64,000 bases of DNA from an uncultured delta proteobacterium. GTDB lineage: Bacteria > Myxococcota > Myxococcia > Myxococcales > Anaeromyxobacteraceae. A program made the position numbers and the translations under genes. The stretch is taken from the NCBI GenBank assembly GCA_963814585.1, contig CAWFDF010000009.1, positions 224,001-288,000 of the forward strand, in the 5' to 3' direction. Below the pieces are notes generated by a model. That model saw only the letters and a list, made by a program, of their open reading frames with translations. It was not told the origin of the DNA and ran no database searches. The first letter of the stretch is position 1; every line of letters starts with the position of its first letter. Shown here piece after piece: positions 11,579 to 23,928 of the stretch.

Positions 11579-12280
11579 GTGGGGTCGCCCCGACCGTCAG
11601 TTTCGCGTGCCGCGCCCCTGCGAGAGCCAGCACCAGCGAGGCCAGCTCCTCGTCCACCATCTTGAGGCGCCTCGCCACCGAGGGCTCGGCCAGCACGCGG
11701 TAGCGGGCGGTCGGCTCGGTGATGGCCGCGGCGGCCACCAGGTCGGCCATGGCGGCCGGGTCCTTCATGCGCGCCACCGCCTCGGTGAGCTGGGACACCC
11801 CCTCGGGCGGCAGGAGCGGGATCAGGTCGTAGCAGAGCTGGGCCAGCGCCTCGACGTCCCCCTGCAGCGCGGCGGCCCCGCCCGCCGGGTAGACGTCCTC
11901 CACCAGCTCGGCGCGGAACTCGCGCCAGGGGGTGCGGCGGGTGACCTCCTCCAGCAGCGCCACCCGCGCGGCGCAGTGGAGCAGCACGTCGTAGGTGCCG
12001 TTCTCCTTCTTCTGCTCGCCGATGATCAGGCACAGGCCGGCCAGGGTGAGCGCAGCGCGGTCCTGCGTGGCCTGGGCGGGATCCACCAGGGTCGGCACCG
12101 CCACCACCCGGTCGCCCGAGAGCGCCGCCTCGAAGAGGGCGCGGTAGCGCGGCTCGAAGACGTGGAAGGGGGCGGGCGCGCCGGGCAGCAGCACCACGCC
12201 CGGCAGCGGGAAGACCTTGAGGGCGGCACAGGCCGAGGCCAGCGCCGCCCTCTCCGTGGAGCGTGGCGCTCCCCGCTCAC

Positions 12281-12284
<4 letters not shown>
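11550..12284 (-). CDS. Stand-alone Lon protease N-terminal (substrate-binding) domain protein
   Basis: KVFPLPGVVLLPGAPAPFHVFEPRYRAL; GTG start overlaps the hppA stop; the true stop may be near 11597 if the tail is frameshifted. Confidence 0.85.
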
Positions 12285-14719
<2,435 letters not shown>

Positions 14720-14889
14720 GGCGTGGGCGGTTCCCTCTGGGGAGATTGGGTGAATCCCTGCGGAATATCGGATCTTTGCGCGCGGGGCGCGGCCGCCGCC
14801 GAGCGCGGGGCGCGGGCGACGGGCCTCACGGGACGGCGGAATCTACTAGGCCGGAAACCGCCTTGTCCAGTCCGGGATTCGGAGCGGCC

Positions 14890-15465
14890 TCAGGGGACCG
14901 TGACGGTGGCGGCGGCCGAGCCGCTGCCGATGTCCAGGGCGGCGAAGTTCAGGTTGAAGTAGCCGGCCACCCCGCAGGAGTACATCACCCGTTTCACGAT
15001 GCGGAACGGCACCTTCTGGTCGGCCTGGATGTTGACGATCCCATCCCACTTCCGGCCCGGATCCGACTGGTGGATGAAGTCCCAGCGCTTCCGGTCCTCG
15101 CGCAGCCGCTCCTCGAGCGCCGGGATGTTGAGGTAGCCGGCGTCGCGCTCCAGGTCGGCCACGTCGGCCACCTTCTGGCCGGTCACCACCACCTGCTCCG
15201 CCGAGATGGCCACCGTGGGCGCCTGCTCGATCAGCTGGCCGTGGCGCGCGTCGGGGAGGCGGATGTCCTTCTGCATGTAGAGGACCTCGCCGGTGGCGCT
15301 GAACTGCTGCAGCAGGAAGATGACCAGCATGGTCATCATGTCCACCATGGGCACCACGTTCAGCTCGGCGTTGGTGCCGCGCCGGCCCCCCGAGACCTTG
15401 GCGCCCAGCACCCTGGAGCGCGCCAGTCGAGGGCTCGGGCGCTTCCCTGGCTGGACGATGGCCAT
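14890..15465 (-). CDS. aglS: ExbD/TolR-family gliding motor subunit AglS
   Basis: NVVPMVDMMTMLVIFLL, FSATGEVL, YLNIPALEE, NIQADQKVPFRIVKRVMYSC, as recalled for Myxococcus AglS; third gene of a tolQ-R-R trio. Confidence 0.8.
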   Translation of the reverse strand: MAIVQPGKRPSPRLARSRVLGAKVSGGRRGTNAELNVVPMVDMMTMLVIFLLQQFSATGEVLYMQKDIRLPDARHGQLIEQAPTVAISAEQVVVTGQKVADVADLERDAGYLNIPALEERLREDRKRWDFIHQSDPGRKWDGIVNIQADQKVPFRIVKRVMYSCGVAGYFNLNFAALDIGSGSAAATVTVP

Positions 15466-15477
15466 GCGGGTGCGCTC

Positions 15478-15975
15478 CTAGACGCCCGAGACGGAGACCA
15501 GCATGAGACCGGCGCCCAGGCAGGCGTCGATGACGTGGACCAGGTCGCCGTAGGGGACGGTGTCCTCGGCGGTGACGATGATCGAGCCCTGGTCGGGGAA
15601 CTCGCCCTTGACGGCCTTGAGGCGGGTGTTGAGCGACTTGAGGTCCTGCAGCACCACGCCCTCGGGGCTGCGGCCCATGCTGGGGATGTCGTAGCTGGCG
15701 TCGCCCACCGTGAGCGACATGCCGCGCTCGCCCACCGCCAGCGTCACCGCCAGCGCCTTCTGCGGCTGCTCCAGCGGCGTCGGCTCGGGGGCGCCGACGC
15801 CGAGCTGCTGCACCTGGAGGCGCGAGATCTGGGTCCAGACCGCGGTGTAGAGCAGGAAGGTGATGCAGCAGGAGAGGAGGTCGATGGCCGGGACGACGTT
15901 GATGGTCGCGTCGAGCGCCTTCTTCTTCCGCTTGCCGCCGCCGCCGCCCTGTTCGGGCATCGAACCGCCGCTCAT
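15478..15975 (-). CDS. aglQ: ExbD/TolR-family gliding motor subunit AglQ
   Basis: INVVPAIDLL..ITFLLYTAVWTQISRLQV with the conserved channel Asp; FPDQGSI; VIDACLGAGL. Confidence 0.8.
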   Translation of the reverse strand: MSGGSMPEQGGGGGKRKKKALDATINVVPAIDLLSCCITFLLYTAVWTQISRLQVQQLGVGAPEPTPLEQPQKALAVTLAVGERGMSLTVGDASYDIPSMGRSPEGVVLQDLKSLNTRLKAVKGEFPDQGSIIVTAEDTVPYGDLVHVIDACLGAGLMLVSVSGV

Positions 15976-16023
15976 CGCCTGGCCTCCTTTCCGAGCTCGC
16001 TGGGGTTGGCGCCGCTGCCGGGA

Positions 16024-16698
16024 CTACTCGGCCGCCGAGAGGGTGGCCGGGACCTTCATCTTCTCCTTGTTGGCCACGATCAGGTTCAGCACCGAGACCG
16101 CCGACTCGTTGATGTCGTCGACCATGTGCTGGGTGCGCCCCTGCAGCACCGAGTAGGCCACCAGCGCCGGGATGGCCACGATCAGGCCGAAGGCGGTGCA
16201 GTTCATGGCCTCGGAGATGGAGTTGGCGAGGATGGTGGCCTTGTCGGCCGGGTTGGCGTTGGCCACGGCGCCGAACGCGCCGATCAGGCCGACGATGGTG
16301 CCGAGCAGGCCGAGCAGCGTGGCCACGTTGCCGAGCATGGCGAGGTAGCCGGTGCGGGCCTCGATGCGGGGCGACTCGCGCAGGGTGGCCTCGTCCATGG
16401 CCGCCTGCACGTCCTCCTCGCCCTTGGGCACGTTGATGAGGCCGGCCTTGATCACCGAGACCAGCGGCACCTTCTTCTGCGCCGCGCAGAAGGCGATGGC
16501 CTTGTCGAGGTCGCCGGCGAAGACGTGCTGCTTCAGCCCGCGCAGGAAGGACTCCTTGTCCACCGCCGCCTTGAAGTAGAGGACGATGATCCGGTCGATC
16601 ATCACGGCCAGGGTGAAGATCAGCGCGACGAGGATGGGGTGCATCATCCACCCGCCCTCGGAGTAGTGCTTGGCCAGCGTCCCGAACATCGAGCCCAT
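16024..16698 (-). CDS. aglR: MotA/TolQ/ExbB-family gliding motor subunit AglR
   Basis: FLRGLKQHVFAGDLDKAI, LGLLGTIVGLI, NPADKATILANSISEAMNCTAFGL. Confidence 0.85.
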   Translation of the reverse strand: MGSMFGTLAKHYSEGGWMMHPILVALIFTLAVMIDRIIVLYFKAAVDKESFLRGLKQHVFAGDLDKAIAFCAAQKKVPLVSVIKAGLINVPKGEEDVQAAMDEATLRESPRIEARTGYLAMLGNVATLLGLLGTIVGLIGAFGAVANANPADKATILANSISEAMNCTAFGLIVAIPALVAYSVLQGRTQHMVDDINESAVSVLNLIVANKEKMKVPATLSAAE

Positions 16699-16866
16699 CG
16701 CGGAGACCTCCGTGTGCGGGTGCCGGGCGGAGCGTCCACGGCCAGGAGGCCGGACGCGCCCGCCGGCGAACCGTCCTCCATGCGTATCACGCGAATTTCC
16801 TTCGCGTCAACGCGAGGTTGGGTGCTTGTCGCCACCTACCCGAGCGGCTAACGTCCCACATCACCG

Positions 16867-18402
16867 ATGCCGTTCGCCTCCGCCTTCGCGCCGTACCGCC
16901 TCGCCCCGGGAGCGCTGCCGGAGGAGGGGTCGCGCGCCGCCCTCCAGGTGGGGGCCGGGCCGCTGGCGGTGGCGCCCGACTGCCCCCTGCCGCCCGGGCT
17001 GCTGGCCTCGGCCTTCGCCACCGTGGAGGCCGGGCTGGCGGCCGCTCCGGACGAGGCCTGCCGCGCCGCCGACGGCAGCCTGGCCGGGAGCGAGAACGCC
17101 CCGCGCGCCTGCCTGGTCGCCGATCGCTCCCGGCTGGGCGTGGCCGAGCGGGTCCGCGCCGCGCTGGAGGCCGGCTACGCCGGCGCCATCTACCGCCACC
17201 CCGACGGGCCGCTGGCGGAGGGGCTGCTGGGCGCCGGGTTCTGCCCCGACTGCCAGCGCGAGTTCCAGCGGCGGCTCAGCCGCAAGTACGGCGAGCAGTT
17301 CCAGCCCATCGACTTCCTGGCCACGGCGCGCGCCGCGGTGGCCGGCGCCTCCAGCGCCGTCTCCTTCAACACCCTCCCCTTCGGCCGCGACTTCTGGCGC
17401 TTCCGCCACGAGTCGCTGGAGCGCTCGGTGCGGGCCCAGGTCCGCGCCGCCCGCGACGCCGCCCGGCAGGCCGGCCGCCCCTTCCCGCTGGGCGGCTGGT
17501 TCGCCGCGCTCGGCCCCTCCCAGCTGGCGGCGGCGCGCCACCTCGACGCCGCCGTCTTCCCCATGACCACCAGCGGCCACCCGCTGGCCGGCCGCTTCGA
17601 GCTGCTGCGCGGGTCGCTGGACCACCGCGCCCTGGCGGTGGAGCTGCCGGCCGACGCGCCGCCGGCGGCCTGGCTCCGGCTGGCCTCGCTGGGCGCCCCC
17701 TGGGGCATCGGCCTGGCCGGCGTGCAGCCGGGCGGCGAGGCCGGCGCGCTGCTGGCCGGGATCCGGGCCCTGGTGCGCGAGGTGGTGGCGCGCGGCGCCT
17801 CGCCCAGCATGGCGGAGCCGTTCACCGAGTGCGCGGTGCTCTACTCCGCCGAGGCCGACCTGTGGAGCAGCGGCCGGCACCGCCGCGCCGTGGAGGCGGC
17901 CATCGAGGCGCTGGCCTTCCGGCAGGTGCAGGTGAGCCTGGTGCTGCGCCCCTCCGAGGCGCCCGCCGGCACGCCGCTGGTGCTGGCCGACGGCGAGTCG
18001 CTCTCCCGGCTCGAGGCCCGCGAGCTGGAGAAGCGGAAGGCCGCCGGCGGCGTGATCCTGCCCTTCGCCGGCCCGGGTGACGAGGCCGCCCTCGCCAAGC
18101 TGGTGGACGCCGCCCTCCCCCCCGAGCGGCGCGCCGTGACCGTCACCGCGCAGGTCCCGCTGTTCGCGGCCATCCGGACCTCCCGGGCCGCGGTGGACGT
18201 CCACCTCGCCACCTCCTGGCCGGAGCGGGCCACCGGCGCGCGGCTCCGGCTGGCGGTGGTGGCCACCCGCGGCGCCCGCAGGGCCCGCTTCCGCTCCAGC
18301 GACGGCGCCGAGGCGCGGGTGCGGCTCAACGGCGCCAGCGACTTCGTGCTGGCCGACCTGCCCACCTTCACCGGCTACGCGGTGCTCAGCCCCGAGACCT
18401 GA
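16867..18402 (+). CDS. Hypothetical protein with possible GH42/beta-galactosidase-like fold
   Basis: 511-aa ORF with host-like codon usage; GFCPDCQREF...KYG, FWRFRHES and AVLYS motifs. Confidence 0.55.
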   Translation: MPFASAFAPYRLAPGALPEEGSRAALQVGAGPLAVAPDCPLPPGLLASAFATVEAGLAAAPDEACRAADGSLAGSENAPRACLVADRSRLGVAERVRAALEAGYAGAIYRHPDGPLAEGLLGAGFCPDCQREFQRRLSRKYGEQFQPIDFLATARAAVAGASSAVSFNTLPFGRDFWRFRHESLERSVRAQVRAARDAARQAGRPFPLGGWFAALGPSQLAAARHLDAAVFPMTTSGHPLAGRFELLRGSLDHRALAVELPADAPPAAWLRLASLGAPWGIGLAGVQPGGEAGALLAGIRALVREVVARGASPSMAEPFTECAVLYSAEADLWSSGRHRRAVEAAIEALAFRQVQVSLVLRPSEAPAGTPLVLADGESLSRLEARELEKRKAAGGVILPFAGPGDEAALAKLVDAALPPERRAVTVTAQVPLFAAIRTSRAAVDVHLATSWPERATGARLRLAVVATRGARRARFRSSDGAEARVRLNGASDFVLADLPTFTGYAVLSPET

Positions 18403-18456
18403 GGGCCCCGGGCCTCGCGACGGGCCCCACCGGCGAGGGCGGCGCCGTGGGGCCGC

Positions 18457-19641
18457 TCAGCCCTTCCGGGCGGCGCGCCAGGCGCAGGCCGCCTCGGCCA
18501 GCACCTCCTTCACCGGCACGCCCCGCTCCTCGGCCCGGGCCAGGGCGTCCTCGTACTCCGGCTGGACGTTCACCACCCGCCCGTCCAGCCAGGCCACCTT
18601 GACGAGGACGGTGCCGTAGCGGGTCTCCACCGGCTCGAGCCGGCGCTCCAGCGCCTGCCGCTCCACCTGGGTGAAGCGGACGCCCAGCGTGCTGGTCTCG
18701 GTGAGGAAGACGCGGGCCACGGCGTCGCGCCGCCCCGGCTCGCAGAGGGCGCCGAGCAGCAGCCCGGGGCGCCCCTTCTTCATGGTGAGCGGCGCCGCCC
18801 AGGCGTCGAGCGCGCCGGCGGAGAGCGCCGCCTCGATGGCGTGGGCGGTGAGCTGGCCGGTGGTGTCGTCGAGCGTGCACTCCACCACCAGCAGCGGCTG
18901 GCCCGGGGCGGCGGCGGCCCGCTCGGCCTCGCCGATGGTGAGGCGGACCACGTTGGGCCGGTCGGGCCAGCGGGCGGTGCCGGCGCCGTAGCCGATCCGG
19001 GTGGGGCGGTGCGGCGGCAGGGGCCCGAGCTCGAAGAGGCCGGCCAGCAGCGCCGCGCCGGTGGGGGTGACCGCCTCGCCGGGCGGGCCGCCGGGCCGGA
19101 CCGGCAGCCCGAGCAGCAGCTCGAGCACGGCCGGGGGCGGCACCGGCAGCCGGCCGTGGGCGGAGCTGGTGAAGCCGGAGCCCAGCTCCGGCGGAGTCGC
19201 CACGGCGCGCGGCCAGCCGAGCAGGTCCATCACCACCACCGCGCCGCAGACGTCGACGATCGAGTCGACCGCGCCGACCTCGTGGAAGTGCACCTGCTCC
19301 ACCTCGCAGCCGTGCACCCGGGCCTCGGCCCGGGCCAGCCGCGTGAAGAGGTCGCGCGCCGCGGCGCGGGCCCGCTCCGACAGGGCGCCGCCGTCCACGA
19401 CGGCCAGCAGGTCGGCGAGCCGGCGCTCCCCGCCGGGCGCGGCGTCCACCTCGACCTCGAGGTGGGCCGCGGCGATGCCGCCGACCTGCACGCGGCTCAC
19501 CTCCAGCCGCCAGCCGGGGAGCCGCAGCGTGGCCAGCTGGGCCTCGAGCTCGGCGCGGTCGACGCCCAGGTCGAGCGCGGCGGCCAGGAACATGTCCCCG
19601 GCCAGGCCGCCGATCGGTTCGAGGAGGAGCAGGTCGGACAT
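18457..19641 (-). CDS. larC: Nickel insertion protein of the nickel-pincer cofactor pathway
   Basis: [61 protein letters not shown]. Confidence 0.92.
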   Translation of the reverse strand: MSDLLLLEPIGGLAGDMFLAAALDLGVDRAELEAQLATLRLPGWRLEVSRVQVGGIAAAHLEVEVDAAPGGERRLADLLAVVDGGALSERARAAARDLFTRLARAEARVHGCEVEQVHFHEVGAVDSIVDVCGAVVVMDLLGWPRAVATPPELGSGFTSSAHGRLPVPPPAVLELLLGLPVRPGGPPGEAVTPTGAALLAGLFELGPLPPHRPTRIGYGAGTARWPDRPNVVRLTIGEAERAAAAPGQPLLVVECTLDDTTGQLTAHAIEAALSAGALDAWAAPLTMKKGRPGLLLGALCEPGRRDAVARVFLTETSTLGVRFTQVERQALERRLEPVETRYGTVLVKVAWLDGRVVNVQPEYEDALARAEERGVPVKEVLAEAACAWRAARKG

Positions 19642-19663
19642 GGCGTGGCTGGAGCGGACCACG

Positions 19664-20407
19664 TCAGCCGCGCGCGATCAACCCCGCCACGAAGCCGGCG
19701 CCGAAGCCGTTGTCGATGTTGACCACCGTGACGTTGGGCGCGCAGGAGTTGAGCATGGCCAGCAGCGCCGCCAGCCCGCCCAGCGAGGCGCCGTAGCCGA
19801 CCGAGGTGGGGACGGCGATCACCGGCCGGCCCACCAGGCCGCCCACCACGCTCGGCAGCGCGCCCTCCATGCCGGCCGCCACCACCACCGCCCGGGCCCG
19901 GGTGAGCTCCTCGCGCCGCGCCAGCAGCCGGTGGATCCCGGCCACCCCGACGTCGTAGACCCGCAGCGCCTCCACGCCCATCACCTCCAGCGTGACCACC
20001 GCCTCCTCGCAGACCGGCACGTCGCTGGTGCCGGCGCAGCAGACCGCCACCGGCCCGGTGGTGGGCAGCGTCATGCGCCCGCGCCGCAGGGTGCGCGACA
20101 CCGGGTCGTAGACCGAGCCCCTCACCGCCCGCCGGGCCGGCCCCGCCTTCCCCGGCGAGAGGCGCGTCACCAGCAGCGGGCCGTGGGCCGCCAGCCTCCT
20201 GGCGATGACGGCCACCTGCGCGGCGGTCTTGCCCTCGGCCAGCACCACCTCCGGCATCCCCTGCCGCAGCGCCCGGTGGGTGTCGAGGGTGGCGGTGTCG
20301 CCGAGCCGCTCGAAGGGGGCGTGGCGCAGCCGGGCCACCGCCTCGTCGAGCGGGGTGGCGCCGGAGGCGACGCGCTTCAGCAGGCGGCGGAGGGCGGCCT
20401 CGTCCAT
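19664..20407 (-). CDS. larB: Nickel-pincer cofactor carboxylase (PurE-like)
   Basis: [60 protein letters not shown]. Confidence 0.93.
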   Translation of the reverse strand: MDEAALRRLLKRVASGATPLDEAVARLRHAPFERLGDTATLDTHRALRQGMPEVVLAEGKTAAQVAVIARRLAAHGPLLVTRLSPGKAGPARRAVRGSVYDPVSRTLRRGRMTLPTTGPVAVCCAGTSDVPVCEEAVVTLEVMGVEALRVYDVGVAGIHRLLARREELTRARAVVVAAGMEGALPSVVGGLVGRPVIAVPTSVGYGASLGGLAALLAMLNSCAPNVTVVNIDNGFGAGFVAGLIARG

Positions 20408-20411
20408 GGCG

Positions 20412-20999
20412 TCAGCGCGGGTCGAGCCGGGCCAGCAGCCGCGCGATGCCGGCCGGCTCGGGCATCACCAGGATCAGCCCCTCCAGCCGCGGCGGCTGCG
20501 GGGAGGTGAAGCGGGCCGCCAGGGCCACCGAGCCGGCGTGGTCCACCAGCCGCTCCACGCAGGCCTTGCCGTTGCCGCGGGCGAAGGTGGGCACCGAGAG
20601 CAGCAGCGTCTCCTTCACCAGCTTGGCCACGGCGGTCACGAAGGCGCTCCCCACGATGTTGCCGCACTCCATGATGCCGCTCTCCGCCAGGGCGCCGAAG
20701 TCGCCGCCCGGCGCCGGCACACCCAGCGCCCCGGCCAGCGCCTCGGCGTCGCGCTCCGGGAGCGCCAGCAGCAGGTGGCCGGTGAGCGCCCCCTCCAGCC
20801 GGACCCCCACCGCGACCAGGTCGCTGCCGAGCGCGCCCAGGAAGCTGGCGATGGCGCCCTCGCTGGTGCCGATCCAGGCCTCGGGGACGTCCATGTCGAG
20901 CCGCAGCCGGGTGAGCCTGGCCAGCGCGGTCAGGGCGGCGCCGCAGCCGATGGAGGTCAGCTCCTGCAGGGCGTCGACGTGGCGGGGGGCGATGCTCAT
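20412..20999 (-). CDS. difG: CheC-family phosphatase
   Basis: DALQELTSIGCGAALTAL and ESGIMECGNI CheC repeats; last che gene of the cluster. Confidence 0.8.
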   Translation of the reverse strand: MSIAPRHVDALQELTSIGCGAALTALARLTRLRLDMDVPEAWIGTSEGAIASFLGALGSDLVAVGVRLEGALTGHLLLALPERDAEALAGALGVPAPGGDFGALAESGIMECGNIVGSAFVTAVAKLVKETLLLSVPTFARGNGKACVERLVDHAGSVALAARFTSPQPPRLEGLILVMPEPAGIARLLARLDPR

Positions 21000-22972
21000 G
21001 CGGCCAGCAGCCGGTTGACGTCGAGGATGAAGACCGGCCGGCCGGTGCCGAGCACGGTGACGGCCGAGAGGCCGCTCACCGCCTGCAGCGGCGGGGCCAG
21101 CGGCTTGAGGACCGCCTCGTGCTGGCCCAGCAGGCCGTCCACGGCCAGCCCGATGCGCCCCTCGGCCCCCTCGGCCACCACCACCGACCGGTCGTCGCGC
21201 CCGGCCGACTCGAAGCCGAGCAGCGCCGCCAGGTCGTGGACCGGGACCAGCTCGCCGCCCCAGGGGAGGAGCGGGCCGCCGCGGCTGCGGTCCAGCGAGG
21301 CGTACTTGACGTTGGCGGCGCCGTGGACCTTGGCGATGGGGAGCCCCAGCACCTCCTCGCCCACCTGCACCAGCAGCACCGCCTGCACCGCCACGGTGAG
21401 CGGGAGCCGCAGCGTGATGCGGGTGCCCTGGCCACGGGTGCTCTCCAGGTCGAGCGTGCCGCCCACCGTCTCCAGCGTCTTGCGGACGGCGTCGAGCCCG
21501 ACGCCGCGCCCGGAGAGGTCGGTGACCTCGTCGGCGGTGGAGACGCCGGGCAGGCTGGCCAGCGCCAGCGCCTCCCGCTCGCTGAGCGCCGCCGCCTGCT
21601 CCAGGGTCAGCGAGCCGCGCCGCACCGCCGCCTCGCGCAGCCGGCCGGTGTTCATCCCCTTGCCGTCGTCGGCGATCTCCAGCACCACCCGGTCGCGGTC
21701 CCGCCTGGCGGTGATGGTGATGCGGCCGGTGGCCGGCTTCCCGGCCAGCAGGCGCAGGTGGGGCGCCTCGATGCCGTGGTCCACGGCGTTGCGCAGCACG
21801 TGGAGCAGCGGGTCGGAGAGCTCCTCGAGGATGGCCCGGTCGAGCTCGATCTCCGCCCCCGACACCTCCACCTCGACCTGCCGCCCCAGCTTGCGGGCCA
21901 CGTCGCGGGCGATGCGCGGCAGCCGCTCGGTCACCAGCGCCAGCGGCGTCATGCGCACGCCCATGAGCTGGCCGTGGAGCTCCTTGACGATGGCGTGGAG
22001 CCGGTCCACCCCCTCGTCGAGCGGCGGGCGCAGCCCGGCCGGCAGGGTGCGGCCCACCTCGCGGATGCGGGCGGTGGCCAGCAGCAGCTCTCCCACCGTG
22101 TCGACGAAGCCGTCGAGCACCTCGGTCTTGACCCGCACGGTGCGGGCCGGCTCGGGGGCGGCCGGCTGGCCCGGGGCGGGCGCGGCCGGGGCCGGCGCCG
22201 CCGGCGGCTCGTCCTGGGCGCGGATGGCCACCGCGCCGAGGTCGGAGATCTGCGACAGGGCCCGCTGCAGCCGGTCGAGCGGCTCGGCCGACGTCAGCAC
22301 CACGGTGAGCCGCTTGCCCGGCAGCCGCCCGGCCTTGAGCTCCTCCAGGGTCGGCGTCGAGGCGACCAGCGGCCCGAACGCCGCCAGCTTCTTCACCACC
22401 AGGTAGGCGCGCACCGCCGGCACCGGGCAGGAGGCGGCCACCTCGACCTCCACCTCCAGCCGGCGCGCCCCCACCTCGGGGAGCGCCGGGGCCGGGGTGG
22501 CGGTCGGCGGGGGCTGCTCGAACTCGGGGATGGGCGGAGGTCCCGGGGGCGGCTCGGCCGGGGGCAGGCTGTCCTTGAGCTGCCGCGTGAGCTCGCCGAG
22601 CCGGGACATCAGGCCCGCGTCGGGCGCCGGCGCCTCCTTGCGTCCCGCGGCCCGGATCATCTCCTGCAGCGCGTCGCAGGTGGCGAGCAGCGCGTCGACC
22701 GCGGCCGGCTCGGCCCGGGCCAGGCGGCGGCGGTAGAGGTCGACGAGGTCCTCGGCACGGTGCGCCAGCGCGGCGATGCCGTCGAGCTCCATCGACCCGC
22801 TCATCCCCTTCACGCTGTGGACGTGGCGGAAGATGCCGTCGATGAGCGGGGCGGTGTCGGCGCCGGTGCGGACCGCCTGCTCCAGCTCCACCAGCTGCCG
22901 GGAGAGGCTGGCGACGTGCTCGCCGGCCTCGGAGACGAAGAGCGAGAGGTAGCGGGAGAGGTCGATCGGCAC
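20996..22972 (-). CDS. difE: Chemotaxis histidine kinase CheA
   Basis: FRHVHSVKGMS (Hpt), HVLRNAVDHGIE, DDGKG, SGRGVGLD, C-terminal CheW domain. Confidence 0.92.
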   Translation of the reverse strand: MPIDLSRYLSLFVSEAGEHVASLSRQLVELEQAVRTGADTAPLIDGIFRHVHSVKGMSGSMELDGIAALAHRAEDLVDLYRRRLARAEPAAVDALLATCDALQEMIRAAGRKEAPAPDAGLMSRLGELTRQLKDSLPPAEPPPGPPPIPEFEQPPPTATPAPALPEVGARRLEVEVEVAASCPVPAVRAYLVVKKLAAFGPLVASTPTLEELKAGRLPGKRLTVVLTSAEPLDRLQRALSQISDLGAVAIRAQDEPPAAPAPAAPAPGQPAAPEPARTVRVKTEVLDGFVDTVGELLLATARIREVGRTLPAGLRPPLDEGVDRLHAIVKELHGQLMGVRMTPLALVTERLPRIARDVARKLGRQVEVEVSGAEIELDRAILEELSDPLLHVLRNAVDHGIEAPHLRLLAGKPATGRITITARRDRDRVVLEIADDGKGMNTGRLREAAVRRGSLTLEQAAALSEREALALASLPGVSTADEVTDLSGRGVGLDAVRKTLETVGGTLDLESTRGQGTRITLRLPLTVAVQAVLLVQVGEEVLGLPIAKVHGAANVKYASLDRSRGGPLLPWGGELVPVHDLAALLGFESAGRDDRSVVVAEGAEGRIGLAVDGLLGQHEAVLKPLAPPLQAVSGLSAVTVLGTGRPVFILDVNRLLAA

Positions 22973-23013
22973 GGGGCCGGCCCGGGGTCAGCGCCCATCC
23001 CTGGCTGGGCCAC

Positions 23014-23382
23014 TCAGGCCTCGCCCAGGACCTTCTTGACCACGGAGAGGACGTCCTCGGACTTGAACGGCTTGACGATGAAGTCGCTGGCGCCGGCCTC
23101 GATGGCCTCCATCACCAGCGACTCCTGGCCCAGCGCCGAGCACATGACGATGACCGCGCCCGGGTTGGCCTTGACGATCTCGCGGGTGGCCTCGATGCCG
23201 CTCTTGAACGGCATGACGATGTCCATGGTGGTGAGGTCGGGCTTGAGCTCCCGGTGCTTCTCGACCGCCTCCAGGCCGTTGGCGGCCTCGCCGACCACCT
23301 CGAAGGCCGAGCCGGCGAAGATATCCTTGATCATGTTCCGCATGAAGATCGCGTCGTCGACGATCAGGATTCGCTTCGGCAT
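23014..23382 (-). CDS. difD: CheY-like response regulator
   Basis: ILIVDDAIFMR, TMDIVMP, CSALGQE, FIVKPF. Confidence 0.92.
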   Translation of the reverse strand: MPKRILIVDDAIFMRNMIKDIFAGSAFEVVGEAANGLEAVEKHRELKPDLTTMDIVMPFKSGIEATREIVKANPGAVIVMCSALGQESLVMEAIEAGASDFIVKPFKSEDVLSVVKKVLGEA

Positions 23383-23464
23383 GGGCTGTTCAGGCCTCCT
23401 GAGGGACCGACGGTAGCACCGCTCCGGCGAGCGCGACAAGGAAACGCCGGGTCACCGGCACGCG

Positions 23465-23923
23465 CTACCCGCCGCCGAAGAGCGCGGCCGCGGCGGCCGC
23501 CAGCGGCTCCTCCCGCAGCAGCGTGATGGCGCCGGCCCGGCCGGTGGCGACGCCGGCCACCAGCCCGCCGCCGGGCTCCTCGCCGGGCGCCAGCGGCTCC
23601 ACCCCCAGCACCACCCCGATGAGCAGCCCCAGCGCCCGCTTCTCGCGGTCGAGGATCAGCACCTGCCCCTGGCCGGCCCGCAGCGGCTGGGGCGGGAGCC
23701 CGACCAGCTCGGCGAGGTCCACCACCGCCACCACCCGGCCGCGCAGGTTCATCACGCCGCGCACGGCGCCGCCGGCCCGCGGCACGCGCGCGAAGGGCGG
23801 GTTGGGCGGCACCACCTCGCGCACCGCGGAGAGCGGCAGCGCGAAGCGCTCGGTCCCGACGCGGAAGACCACCTGCCGCCCGGGGGGCGGCGCCGCCAGG
23901 GCCTCGCGGATGGCGGCGTCCAC
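23465..23923 (-). CDS. difC: CheW coupling protein
   Basis: FALPLSAVREVV, RVPRAGGAVRGVMNLRGRVVAVVDL. Confidence 0.9.
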   Translation of the reverse strand: MDAAIREALAAPPPGRQVVFRVGTERFALPLSAVREVVPPNPPFARVPRAGGAVRGVMNLRGRVVAVVDLAELVGLPPQPLRAGQGQVLILDREKRALGLLIGVVLGVEPLAPGEEPGGGLVAGVATGRAGAITLLREEPLAAAAAALFGGG

Positions 23924-23928
23924 GGCGG

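Noticed and set aside
14890..16698. Ordinary ExbBD/TolQR uptake system
   Set aside because: No tonB/tolA/tolB/pal adjacent; the one-TolQ plus two-TolR layout and motifs fit AglRQS better
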